From positions 1 to 31,498 of the forward strand of contig JBCCQY010000108.1 of NCBI GenBank assembly GCA_039208735.1: a stretch of DNA of 31,498 bases, given 5' to 3'. The notes beneath the pieces are model-generated. The model was not told where the DNA came from and searched no databases. It worked only from the letters and a program-made list of their open reading frames with translations. This document shows, one piece after another, positions 1 through 11,400 of this stretch; the stretch's first letter is position 1, and the number at the start of each line of letters is the position of its first letter. The stretch is from Myxococcota bacterium (GTDB lineage: Bacteria; Myxococcota_A; UBA796; GCA-2862545). A program made the position numbers and the translations under genes.

Positions 1-387
1 GTAGACCCCGAAGTTCCCCCCGAAAAGGTCTACAATCGGCGTCTCTACAGCTTCGTAGAAATCGACCCCGGTGGGATCCGGCGAAAGCTCAGTTGCAAAG
101 TACAGTCCATCAAAGGGCTGTGCATCAGCAACCGCAAACTCTGCGTCCTGAAGAAAAGTTAGAACCTGACCAATTGGTGGTTCTGAAGTCTCTAGTGACG
201 CGGAACAACGGTCGACTTGGCACGCGCCTTCCACACACACTTCTGAAGTCAGGCAATCGGACGAAGCTACACAATCAAGACTTGGATTTCCCCATTCTCC
301 AAGATTTTCCCCTAGTCTCACATCATCATCGACAAAGGGGTCATTCACACCGCAACTTGCGAAAAACCAAAGAACAAACTGCACCAT
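1..387 (-). CDS. Putative Cys-rich lipoprotein, 3' end runs off the window (not in the ORF track)
   Basis: Manual translation gives an open frame from ATG 387 to position 1: MVQFVLWFFASCGVNDPF...CVASSDCLTSEVCVEGACQVDRC...GGNFGVY. It has a hydrophobic N-terminus ending in ASC and a CxxxxDCxxxxxCxxGxC module of the kind common in myxobacterial surface proteins. Confidence 0.7.
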   Translation of the reverse strand, partial: MVQFVLWFFASCGVNDPFVDDDVRLGENLGEWGNPSLDCVASSDCLTSEVCVEGACQVDRCSASLETSEPPIGQVLTFLQDAEFAVADAQPFDGLYFATELSPDPTGVDFYEAVETPIVDLFGGNFGVY

Positions 388-845
388 CACCTCGCGAAGG
401 GAGGAGCTGAAAGAACGGACTCAGCTAACTGTGATTGGAACGTTGACCAGTGTGGGAGGCGCCGTTTCCAAATCGTCACAAACTGGGACGTCGATTTGCC
501 CACGACGTCGTCCTCAGGCAGACCTGGGGATCCGAGCACGATCCGCAGCATGCGCAGATCGTGTGTACCCAAAGGGAAACCGGATCGAAGAACATCGCTC
601 GCATTAAGACAAATAGACAAGCTCATATCTTAACTATGAAGATACTAAAATTTCCAGGCGGTATATTCAGCCATGCATCATCACAAAACGACGTTGCCCG
701 CATCACGGATGCGTTCGAGGTTTGAGTCGACGCATATTGCCGATTCATCCATTAGGCGTCTGCTGGCATACCTACAGGAAATGCATGTGCCAAAAAGGAA
801 GGCCCAACCTGATGGATGGGCCTCTATTTGTGCGCAGCGGGCTGT

Positions 846-2015
846 TCAGCGGGCTGGTGGAAGCTGACGCGCCCGGCGAAAGAGCTGTCGACCCACCTCA
901 AAGAGCGCCGAGATGTCGTGTACATTCCCATCAAGACGAGGAAGTTCTTGGTAAAAGCCTCCCCCCCGCCCCGCCTTGCGCACCTTCTCTGCGAGTCCGA
1001 CCTCGGCAAGATGCAAGGCACGAAGGCGACGATGAGCCATTCCTAGCCGGGCGAGTACCCGCGAGGCCACGGCAGCGTCGACATCCGGAAAGCGCTCCCG
1101 GATGAGTTCGCCCAGAACCAGGTCAGCATCGTGCTCGTCGCCTCGGCAGTCGTGCAGCTGATTCACGATGATGCCGCCTCGTGGCAGCGACCGTTTCGAA
1201 AGTTCTTCCTGGAAAAAGGTCGCGACATCGAGGCTCGATTCATTGGGTGCGCACACGGTCACAAAGCTCGTCGCCTCGTCGCGGAACATGGCCACTACCG
1301 CGTCGTTCCTTTCGACGAAACCTTTATATAAACCTTGAAAATCACGAAAAAAGGTCGCCAAATCATCCAAAAAATCTTGCCCAAACACGTACCCAAGTAG
1401 TCGAAAAACGACCGCTGACGTTCCGAGCATGAAGCGACCGCTTAGGAGCGATCCATCGTAGGGCCGAAGGAACCACTTCAGGACGCGTTCATCCAGGAAA
1501 TTGATGAGTCGTCCTGGACTTTCCAGGAAGTCGAGGGCGTTCTTCACCGGCGGGGTGTCGAGCACGATGAGGTCGTAATCCCCGCTCGAAGCTAGATCGT
1601 AGAGCTTCTCCGTCGCCATGTAGTCCTGGCTTCCCGCGAAGGTATCCGCCATATGCCGATAGACGTGGTTCGAGAGGATACGGTCTCGGGAGGCTTCATC
1701 AGGCGCAAACTTGGCAATGAGCGCATCAAAGGTGCCACGCGAGTCGAGCATCATCGCCCACAGCTCACCTTCAGCATCGAGGCCTAACGCCTGCAAGTCA
1801 ACTTTGGTGCCTACGTTTCCGATGGTGCTCAAGCCGAGGCTATTGGCGAGTCGGCGAGCGGGGTCGATGGTGAGCACCATGGCTTTGCGGCCTCGGAGGG
1901 CACCCGCGAGCCCAATCGTCGCTGCGGTGGTGGTTTTCCCCACCCCTCCGGCTCCCACACACACCACCAAGCGGGTGCGCTCGAGCCACGCGTTCATATC
2001 GAAAGGCTCGCTCAC
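846..2015 (-). CDS. ArsA/Get3-family ATPase (Rv3680-like member of a pair)
   Basis: P-loop GAGGVGKTT, TIDPARRLANSLG, LDTPPVKNALDFL. Likely start is GTG 2015, overlapping the upstream stop (TAGTG); ATG 1997 is an alternative. Confidence 0.88.
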   Translation of the reverse strand: MSEPFDMNAWLERTRLVVCVGAGGVGKTTTAATIGLAGALRGRKAMVLTIDPARRLANSLGLSTIGNVGTKVDLQALGLDAEGELWAMMLDSRGTFDALIAKFAPDEASRDRILSNHVYRHMADTFAGSQDYMATEKLYDLASSGDYDLIVLDTPPVKNALDFLESPGRLINFLDERVLKWFLRPYDGSLLSGRFMLGTSAVVFRLLGYVFGQDFLDDLATFFRDFQGLYKGFVERNDAVVAMFRDEATSFVTVCAPNESSLDVATFFQEELSKRSLPRGGIIVNQLHDCRGDEHDADLVLGELIRERFPDVDAAVASRVLARLGMAHRRLRALHLAEVGLAEKVRKAGRGGGFYQELPRLDGNVHDISALFEVGRQLFRRARQLPPAR

Positions 2016-2995
2016 TACCGCCACGACAGCTCCCGCTTCGAAACCCCAACCCAACGACCCAGATGAGCCGCCACCCCCGCTACGACGTCACGCAGGGTTC
2101 CTCCTGCCATCATCGGCGGAACGAGTAACGGAGGCCGTGGAATGGCCCCTGCCAGACGCGCCTGACTCTCCTCGGTCGCCTGCTCAAGCTCATCTTCCCA
2201 GTGACCGGCCCGCACAAACTCCCGTTGATCGGGCGACAACTCCGTCTGCTGAAGGCGGCCGAGCAGGTCCCGTTCTGCGTCGGTCAACGTAGGCAACGTG
2301 GCTCGATTCAGAAAAACGACGGGTGGACCAGAGATGTGCTCGTAGCGCTTCAGCTTCTGGTAGGTCTCGATCGTCTCATTGACGACCATCTCTTCAGGAA
2401 GGGCCACCAAAACGGTCCGCGTGGTCTCCGCGGCGATGAGTTCACGAAGCTCTTGGGCTCGCGCCCGCACTGGGCCGGACCGAAACAAGCCCAGCGCTGA
2501 CCGCGTGATGTCCATGAGCGAAAACGCGTGACCACTGGCCGGGAGATCGGCCACCACGAGGTCGTAGCGGCTCACCAGATCACCGAGCGCCGACAGCGTC
2601 ACGATCTCGCGTGAACCAGGGGTAAAATCCAAGAACCGGCCAACGAGCCGGTTCGAGAGGATGAGCTTCACGATGCGCCGAGAGGGCACCAGCCCGGTGA
2701 GGAAGTGCTGCAGTGCTTCCTGCCAAGTGAGGTTCGCGACATCGAGATTGTCGTTGACGCCTACTGGCTCGAATCCAGGTTCAATACCAAAAATCGGAGT
2801 GAGCGAGGGCCGCTGGCTATCGATTTCTGCAAGCAGGACCCGTCGCCCCTGGGCGGCTGCAACCCGCGCCAACGCAGTGGCAAACGTCGTCTTGCCCGTC
2901 CCCCCCTTGCCTGTGACGAGAACGAGTTGCGAACCAAGCAGGAGCTTCGTGATCTCCTGGGGGGTGTCAGGCGAGGGGCCGTGCGCAGCGTCCAA
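2015..2995 (-). CDS. ArsA/Get3-family ATPase (Rv3679-like member of a pair)
   Basis: VTGKGGTGKTT, PGSREIVTL, DLPASGH, LPEEMVVNET motifs. Confidence 0.88.
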   Translation of the reverse strand: MDAAHGPSPDTPQEITKLLLGSQLVLVTGKGGTGKTTFATALARVAAAQGRRVLLAEIDSQRPSLTPIFGIEPGFEPVGVNDNLDVANLTWQEALQHFLTGLVPSRRIVKLILSNRLVGRFLDFTPGSREIVTLSALGDLVSRYDLVVADLPASGHAFSLMDITRSALGLFRSGPVRARAQELRELIAAETTRTVLVALPEEMVVNETIETYQKLKRYEHISGPPVVFLNRATLPTLTDAERDLLGRLQQTELSPDQREFVRAGHWEDELEQATEESQARLAGAIPRPPLLVPPMMAGGTLRDVVAGVAAHLGRWVGVSKRELSWR

Positions 2996-3042
2996 GACGT
3001 TTCCATTCCTGGCCCGCCGCCCGGGCGACGGACCGTCGGTGC

Positions 3043-5616
<2,574 letters not shown>

Positions 5617-5665
5617 TCAACTCTAGGTTTGATGGATATTTCTTCGCCTAAAAACCCGCTTTTCG

Positions 5666-6808
5666 CTACTCCTCAGATGCCTCTCGGGGAATTGGATCCA
5701 GCGACTGCGATCCTTCAAGATTCCCAGCATCTACCCCCACTTCAAGCACCTCGCCTTTTGGAAGTGAAGCGGTAAGCGGAACCGGATCGGTTGTAGTTGC
5801 GACGACCTGAGCTCCTAAATCCTGTAATAATGCCATCAATCGAGCAGTTCGATCTCGATCCAACTCGGTGCTCGCATCATCGATCAAAAAGATCGGAACT
5901 TGGTCACGCTGACGGGCCGCCACCATCTCGGCGAGCTTCAAAGACAACACCAACGACCGAATTTGACCCCGGCTCGCGTAGTCCCGCACCGATTTACCAT
6001 CGAGCGTGACCCTTACATCGTCGAGCTGCGGACCCGCGAGCGTCGTGCCACGTTCCAACTCTCGCGTGCTCACCTCGGCGATTCGTGCCCGCAAGGCGGT
6101 TTGCCTCGCGGCCACGTCATCACCAACGGCCTTTGTCCGGTACTCAATGCCCACCTCCCCATGGCCCATTGCGATGGATCCATGGAGGGCTTTGACGTGT
6201 GGCCCCAACTCATCGACCATCAACGCGCGTCGATGCGCCAAATCCGCACCTAGAATCGCCAGCTGGTCGTCGATCACACGAAGGAGCTGCCGATCCGGAG
6301 CCTCCGAGCGAAGCAGTGAAGACTTCTGCGACAAGCATTGGCGATAAGCTCGCACGCGCTCGAGGTGAGAAGGTGAGGCAGTGAACGCGGCCCTGTCAAT
6401 CCAGTTGCGCCGAAAAGCAGGTTCTCCAGACACAATACGGCCATCGTTCGGAGTGAATGCGATGGCGCGAACCGTGGAAAAGTAGTCTTCCAAGGTATGA
6501 ATGCGCTTGCCGTCGAGCCGAACCTCTCGGCTCTTTCGTCGCCGATCCAGGTCGACGCGATGGTGCCGCTCTTGGCCTTCGTGCTCAACCCATGCCGCGA
6601 GACGGGCTTCAGGAGCCCCCCAGGCGATCGTCTCGGTAAGCCGCCGTCCCCGCAGCGGCTTTAGGGTCGCAAGAACGTGGATCGCTTCGAGGGTGTTCGT
6701 CTTGCCCTGCGCATTCGGACCGTGAAGCACCACGAAGGGTGCATCAAGAACGAGGTCAGCGGAGGCCAGATTCCGAAAGCGATCGACGACAAGGCGACGA
6801 AGCCGCAA
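5666..6808 (-). CDS. recF: DNA replication/repair protein RecF
   Basis: FRN, GPNAQGKTN, SRGQ signature, LIDD Walker B; lies between dnaN and gyrB; TTG start. Confidence 0.97.
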   Translation of the reverse strand: MRLRRLVVDRFRNLASADLVLDAPFVVLHGPNAQGKTNTLEAIHVLATLKPLRGRRLTETIAWGAPEARLAAWVEHEGQERHHRVDLDRRRKSREVRLDGKRIHTLEDYFSTVRAIAFTPNDGRIVSGEPAFRRNWIDRAAFTASPSHLERVRAYRQCLSQKSSLLRSEAPDRQLLRVIDDQLAILGADLAHRRALMVDELGPHVKALHGSIAMGHGEVGIEYRTKAVGDDVAARQTALRARIAEVSTRELERGTTLAGPQLDDVRVTLDGKSVRDYASRGQIRSLVLSLKLAEMVAARQRDQVPIFLIDDASTELDRDRTARLMALLQDLGAQVVATTTDPVPLTASLPKGEVLEVGVDAGNLEGSQSLDPIPREASEE

Positions 6809-6810
6809 CG

Positions 6811-7938
6811 TCAGTCGAGCCGCATAGGCATCACGACGAAGAACGCCGCGGGATCATCGGGGTCACGAACGAGGCACGGGGCCAGGGCATGGGCCAACTC
6901 GAGCGACACTCGCTCCCCGGACATCGCCTGCAGAACCTCGCCCAAGTACCGCGCATTGAACCCGATCTCGATGGGCTCACCGTCGAGTTCGATCGGAACC
7001 GATTCCCGCACTTCACCACGATCTACGTCGTGAACGTCGATCTCGAGATCGGTTGCACCAAACGCAAATCGCACGGCGCGTCCACCGGAACGGCCCTTGT
7101 CTTGGACCAGAATACCAACGCGCTTGAGCGTGGCCGCCAAGTCAGCCCGACGAACCAGCACACGATGCTTGTGGTCGCTCGGCAAGACGCCCTTGTAGTC
7201 GGGGAACTCGCCGTCGAGCAGGCGGAACCATACCCGCTGGGCCGGGCGATCCAATCGAATCGCCCCGTCGCCAAACGAGACTTCAACCTCGTTGTCGTCG
7301 TTGTCCAGCAACTTGCGAAGGACACCCAGCGCCTTTTTGGGCACTAGCATTTTGGGCATCAGCATCACGTCGCCGGCGACAGCCCCCTGCGATGCCGACA
7401 ATCGATGGCCATCGGTGGTGACCACACGCAGGTGACGCTGGCCGTTCTCTTCGACTTCTTCGAGGTGAGCGCCATTCAGCCCGTAGCGGACATCCTCGAC
7501 GGCCACCGCAAACGCCGTCTGTTCGACCATGCGTCGCAGAACGCCTTCGCTGATCTTCGCCGAGCCCTTTGCATCAAAGGCAGGCAACGCCGGAAATTCT
7601 TCAGCCGGGTAGCCAGGAAGCTTGAACTCTGAACGGCCGCATTTGATGAGAAGCCGGCTGTTCTCAGTCAACGAGAGCTGAACCGTGGGCTCAGGCAATG
7701 CGCGCACAATCTGGAACAGGTTCGCGGCGTCAACCGCGATGTCACCTGGCTCCTTCACCGTGGCCTCGAGGTCGCCGATGAACGCGATCTCCGTATCTGT
7801 CGCGGTCATGCGCAACTGGCCTTCGCTCGCGGCCATCAGCACGTGCGAAAGAAGAGGCTGCATGCCTCGGCGCTCGATGATGCCCTGAATCCGTGCCAGG
7901 CCTCGGCCCAACTCGTCACGGGCGACAAACAAGTCCAT
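6811..7938 (-). CDS. dnaN: DNA polymerase III beta sliding clamp
   Basis: ATDTE, TTDGHRL, GEFPDY, FNARYL, C-terminal VVMPMRL; 375 aa. Confidence 0.98.
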   Translation of the reverse strand: MDLFVARDELGRGLARIQGIIERRGMQPLLSHVLMAASEGQLRMTATDTEIAFIGDLEATVKEPGDIAVDAANLFQIVRALPEPTVQLSLTENSRLLIKCGRSEFKLPGYPAEEFPALPAFDAKGSAKISEGVLRRMVEQTAFAVAVEDVRYGLNGAHLEEVEENGQRHLRVVTTDGHRLSASQGAVAGDVMLMPKMLVPKKALGVLRKLLDNDDNEVEVSFGDGAIRLDRPAQRVWFRLLDGEFPDYKGVLPSDHKHRVLVRRADLAATLKRVGILVQDKGRSGGRAVRFAFGATDLEIDVHDVDRGEVRESVPIELDGEPIEIGFNARYLGEVLQAMSGERVSLELAHALAPCLVRDPDDPAAFFVVMPMRLD

Positions 7939-8019
7939 CGTCAGTCTCCGAACCCTGCTCTTGTAATGCGGTGGTGTTCGTCCGTCGGCGGCCCAATTGA
8001 ATGATCATCCAACCCAAAA

Positions 8020-8600
8020 CCGGCCTGTGGAAACTGTGGACAACCTCTAATCCCAAGCTCTTTCCACAGGGATCGTTGTGGGTAGCTCTTGGGATGGAGG
8101 GGAGCATCCCGATGCCCAGATGGCTTGAAATCGCGTGAGCGTCGGCGTTGACTCTGGGTGGGGTCCATAGTTGTCCGCAGCTTTTCCCCATGGTCTTCAC
8201 AAGCCATCCGCAGAGTTATCCATAGATCTTGTGTTCATGGATGTCCTCTCGCCTCTGAACAGCCGTTCCCCTTCCGGTTGCGCTCTCGCCTCTGGCCTGA
8301 CCCAGGAGACCCCACTTTGAACCTGAGATCTCTCAGTAGATAGAGATCAAGTAGTTCATAGATAGGGCCTGGGGATGTTGGGGAAAACCGTCCTGGAGCC
8401 AGCTGTCATCAGGCTCGGCGCTGTGCATCAGCTCAGGGGACAGACTGCGGAAAGACCGTGGATGTTGGGGATGAAACGCGAGCCGTCGATCGGTTCTCCC
8501 CAGAAGTGGACCACTCTTCCCCAGGTCATCCACTGGTTGTCCACCGTTCGTCCCCAAGGGGATCCACAACTTTTCCCAAGGGTTGTCAACAGGGACAACT
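8020..8600. promoter_or_regulatory. Candidate replication origin oriC (dense DnaA-box cluster)
   Basis: Intergenic stretch upstream of dnaN with about 20 DnaA-box-like 9-mers, e.g. TGTGGAAAC 8026, TGTGGACAA 8035, CTTTCCACA 8060, TTGTCCGCA 8171, TTTTCCCCA 8182, TTATCCATA 8216, TTGTCCACC 8537, GGATCCACA 8560, TTGTCAACA 8583. Confidence 0.88.
8335..8388 (-). promoter_or_regulatory. Basal unwinding module: two DnaA boxes, GGCC clamp, DnaA-trio-like tract
   Basis: Minus strand reads TTTTCCCCA-ACATCCCCA-GGCC-CTATCTATGAACTACTTGATCTCTATCTACT, the same order as the Bacillus subtilis box/GC-clamp/trio element; locally AT-richer. Confidence 0.72.
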
Positions 8601-9471
8601 AGCGGGGACGGACGAGATTACGGGCGGCAAGAGCTTTATCGACATCGAGCCCGCTTTCTTCTGCTTCGTCGAACCATGCGGCTGCCGCCTGGGGATCCGC
8701 AGGAACGCCGGCTCCCGTGAGGTAGAGAATGCCGAGAGCAAGCCGTGCTTCGGGGTGACCACCATGTGCGGCCCGTTCAAACCACTCGGCGGCCGTCACG
8801 AGGTCACCGACGCCATCCCCCTGCTGTGCCAGCTCTTGGGCCAAGGCGTAGGCGGCTTGTACGTGCCCTCCACGGGCGGCCGTCACACACCAACGGTGCG
8901 CGGCCCCTCGGTCCGCGGCGACCCGTCCTTCGCCTTGGCTCATGATCTCGTACAGTTCCCACATGGCTTCGGAATGGTTGCGCGATGCCGCGATTTCGAG
9001 CCATTCCACGGCGGCGACGAGGTCTTGAGGAAGTCCGTAGCCTCGTCGCGCGGCGACTCCAGCGATCCAGTGGGCTTCACCCTCCGGATCTTCCTCGGTG
9101 AGCCACTCGATCCAGCGAGCCAAACGACCCGCTCCTTCGGGTCCGGGACGTCGTTGGAGACACAGCCGAAGATAGCGAAGGGCAGCCACGAAGTGGCCTC
9201 GTTCGGCCCCAGCTTCGAACGCGTCTAAGGCACGCTCGTCGTCCACCGGAATCTCGTTTTGAAAGCCAACACCATCGGCGTACGCCTCGCCAAGTTCGAC
9301 GAAGGCTTCGAGATCACCTGCCGCTGCGGCTGCTTGGAGATGATCCAGCATCCGCTGCGGTGCTTCGGCGTCGAGGTGGCCAAGTTGCACATCCCCAAGC
9401 CAGATCCTGGACTTCAAATCCTGGGCCCGTTGTCGGTGGATGTGAGCGATGAGTTCGGAATCGTCGGTCAC
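8599..9471 (-). CDS. Sel1-like repeat (SLR/TPR) protein
   Basis: Repeats such as EAFVELGEAYADGVG, DLVAAVEWLEIAASRNHSEA, AAEWFERAAHGGHPEARLALGILYLTGAGVPAD; no evident signal peptide. Confidence 0.9.
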   Translation of the reverse strand: MTDDSELIAHIHRQRAQDLKSRIWLGDVQLGHLDAEAPQRMLDHLQAAAAAGDLEAFVELGEAYADGVGFQNEIPVDDERALDAFEAGAERGHFVAALRYLRLCLQRRPGPEGAGRLARWIEWLTEEDPEGEAHWIAGVAARRGYGLPQDLVAAVEWLEIAASRNHSEAMWELYEIMSQGEGRVAADRGAAHRWCVTAARGGHVQAAYALAQELAQQGDGVGDLVTAAEWFERAAHGGHPEARLALGILYLTGAGVPADPQAAAAWFDEAEESGLDVDKALAARNLVRPR

Positions 9472-9752
9472 GTCAGTCCTGCCCGCGTGTCTTCATCCGA
9501 TAGCTCTCCACAGGGACAACTCGCCAAGTACGGGCGGTCTTACGGCGCGGCGCGGGAGTAAGGCTGTCGGGAGGCCCGTGCGGATCGCGCGTTTGACCGC
9601 TGTACGTCAGGGTTCTCGAGTTGTTGAACTCCCACCGGTTTCCGATCTGGAGGTCACCGGATAGGTCTGCATCCCTGTCCCCGCACCGACCCACCGGACC
9701 CCCCCAATTGTCCCGTGGAGGTCCAGGTGCGTGTGGGAGTAGGGATCCGTTT

Positions 9753-11093
9753 ATGAAGCTCACCGAGTTGTGGAATCGGGTTCTCGACGCCATGCGTCGG
9801 AGCATCGGGACCCAGGACGTCGAGATTTGGCTGCGGTCGGCGCAGCCCGTGAAGCTGGACGACGAAGGCACGCTTCTCCTCGAGGTCTCCAACCGATACT
9901 ACGCAGAATGGATCGGTGAAAACTACATCGATGCGTTGTCGATGGCAGTGAGCAGCTTCGCTGAACGTCCGGTGAAGGTGAAATTCACCTGGCCCGAAGA
10001 AGCCCCTGACGAAGCTGAAATCGATGTGGTGGCTGACGACGAGGAAGCGGAACGGCTTCCCCGCGAGCTTGGGGTCAACCACGACCAGACTTTTGAAAGC
10101 TTCGTGGTCGGCGAGTGCAACAAGTTCGCCCATGCAGCGGCCCTAGCGGTGGCAGACCATCCGGCCAACCAGTACAATCCGCTCTTCATCTACGGGTCCA
10201 CGGGCCTTGGCAAGACGCACTTGATGCACGCCGTCGCCAACCGCGTGCTGCATCAGGATGCTGCCGCCCGCATCATGTACGTCACTGCCGAAGACTTCAT
10301 GAACGAGATGATCAACTGCATTCGCTACAAGCGGATGGACGACTTTCGCACCAAGTACCGTCAACGATCGACGGTGTTGTTGGTCGATGACATCCAGTTT
10401 TTGTCGGGCAAGGAGCGAACCCAGGAAGAGTTCTTCCACACGTTCAACGCGCTGCAGAGCACGGGACGGCAGATCATTCTCACGTCCGATGTCGTACCGC
10501 GTGACATCGACAAGCTCGAGCCCCGTCTGCGGACGCGCTTCGAGGGAGGTCTCCTCGCCGATATGCAGGCGCCGGACAAGGAGACCTTGCTCGCGATCCT
10601 GCGGCAGAAGGCCGATGGTGCACGGTTGGCGGTCCCTGGTGATTTGGCCGATGCCATCGCAAATCTTGTGGCAGGCAACATCCGTGAACTCGAGGGCATC
10701 CTCAATCGGATTGGTGCGTTGCACAACTTCTATGGCGAGCCTGTGACCCTCGAATGGGCGCGACGCCGGCTGCCCGGAGTCTTCGATCCGCCGCCGGCTA
10801 CGGTGACGGTGGCTGCGATCATCGAGGCGGTCGCCAAGTTCCATAACTTGCGATCGGCTGATATCACGGGTTCCAAGAGAACTCGAGCGTTAACACGGCC
10901 TCGTCATATCGCGATGTACATTGCCCGAACGCACACGAGCTTGTCGTTTCCAGAATTGGGCCGTGAGTTTGGAGGTCGAGATCATTCGACGATCCAACAT
11001 GGCTTTAAGAAGGTGAAGTCCGATCTGCTGATCGATCCAGACCTCGCCTACAAGGTGCGTCTCATCGAGCAGGGGCTGCAGGTCAAGCCCTGA
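9753..11093 (+). CDS. dnaA: Chromosomal replication initiator DnaA
   Basis: TFESFVVG, YNPLFIYGSTGLGKTHL, LLVDDIQF, TQEEFFHTFN, FGGRDHST. Start set at ATG 9753, after AGGGA. Confidence 0.98.
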   Translation: MKLTELWNRVLDAMRRSIGTQDVEIWLRSAQPVKLDDEGTLLLEVSNRYYAEWIGENYIDALSMAVSSFAERPVKVKFTWPEEAPDEAEIDVVADDEEAERLPRELGVNHDQTFESFVVGECNKFAHAAALAVADHPANQYNPLFIYGSTGLGKTHLMHAVANRVLHQDAAARIMYVTAEDFMNEMINCIRYKRMDDFRTKYRQRSTVLLVDDIQFLSGKERTQEEFFHTFNALQSTGRQIILTSDVVPRDIDKLEPRLRTRFEGGLLADMQAPDKETLLAILRQKADGARLAVPGDLADAIANLVAGNIRELEGILNRIGALHNFYGEPVTLEWARRRLPGVFDPPPATVTVAAIIEAVAKFHNLRSADITGSKRTRALTRPRHIAMYIARTHTSLSFPELGREFGGRDHSTIQHGFKKVKSDLLIDPDLAYKVRLIEQGLQVKP

Positions 11094-11244
11094 GAATGGG
11101 TGACGGGCCGTTCCTTGCGGAAGGATGGACCTTGCGATACTCGTTCCGGGTCTGGGCCACACTCCTGGTGTCCGGCCCCTGCATATTTCCTTCCGAACCA
11201 CGGCCATCACGGAGCCGTGAGCTGGGCCATCACGGAGGCGCCCG

Positions 11245-11400
11245 ATGAAGCGGACGTATCAACCCTCGCGGATCAAGCGACGGCGGAGCCATGGGTTCCG
11301 CGCTCGGATGGCGACAAAAGGAGGCCGTTCGGTTCTCTCTCGTCGTCGACGTAAGGGGCGGAAGCGGCTCACGCCGACCACGCCTAGCAAGCGTCACTGA
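11245..11400 (+). CDS. rpmH: 50S ribosomal protein L34 (not in the ORF track)
   Basis: [59 protein letters not shown] at 11234. Confidence 0.97.
   Translation: MKRTYQPSRIKRRRSHGFRARMATKGGRSVLSRRRRKGRKRLTPTTPSKRH

Noticed and set aside
181..250. TTCTGAAGTC repeated 60 bp apart
   Set aside because: A 10-bp match inside a coding region; plausibly chance.
846..2995. Arsenic resistance operon
   Set aside because: No arsB/acr3, arsC, arsD or arsR, and the motifs fit the non-arsenic paired clade.
7916..8602. Small ORFs in the dnaN-Sel1 gap
   Set aside because: They are translations of DnaA-box-rich origin DNA.
9621..9752. N-terminal extension of DnaA
   Set aside because: Not DnaA-like; domain I begins at ATG 9753.
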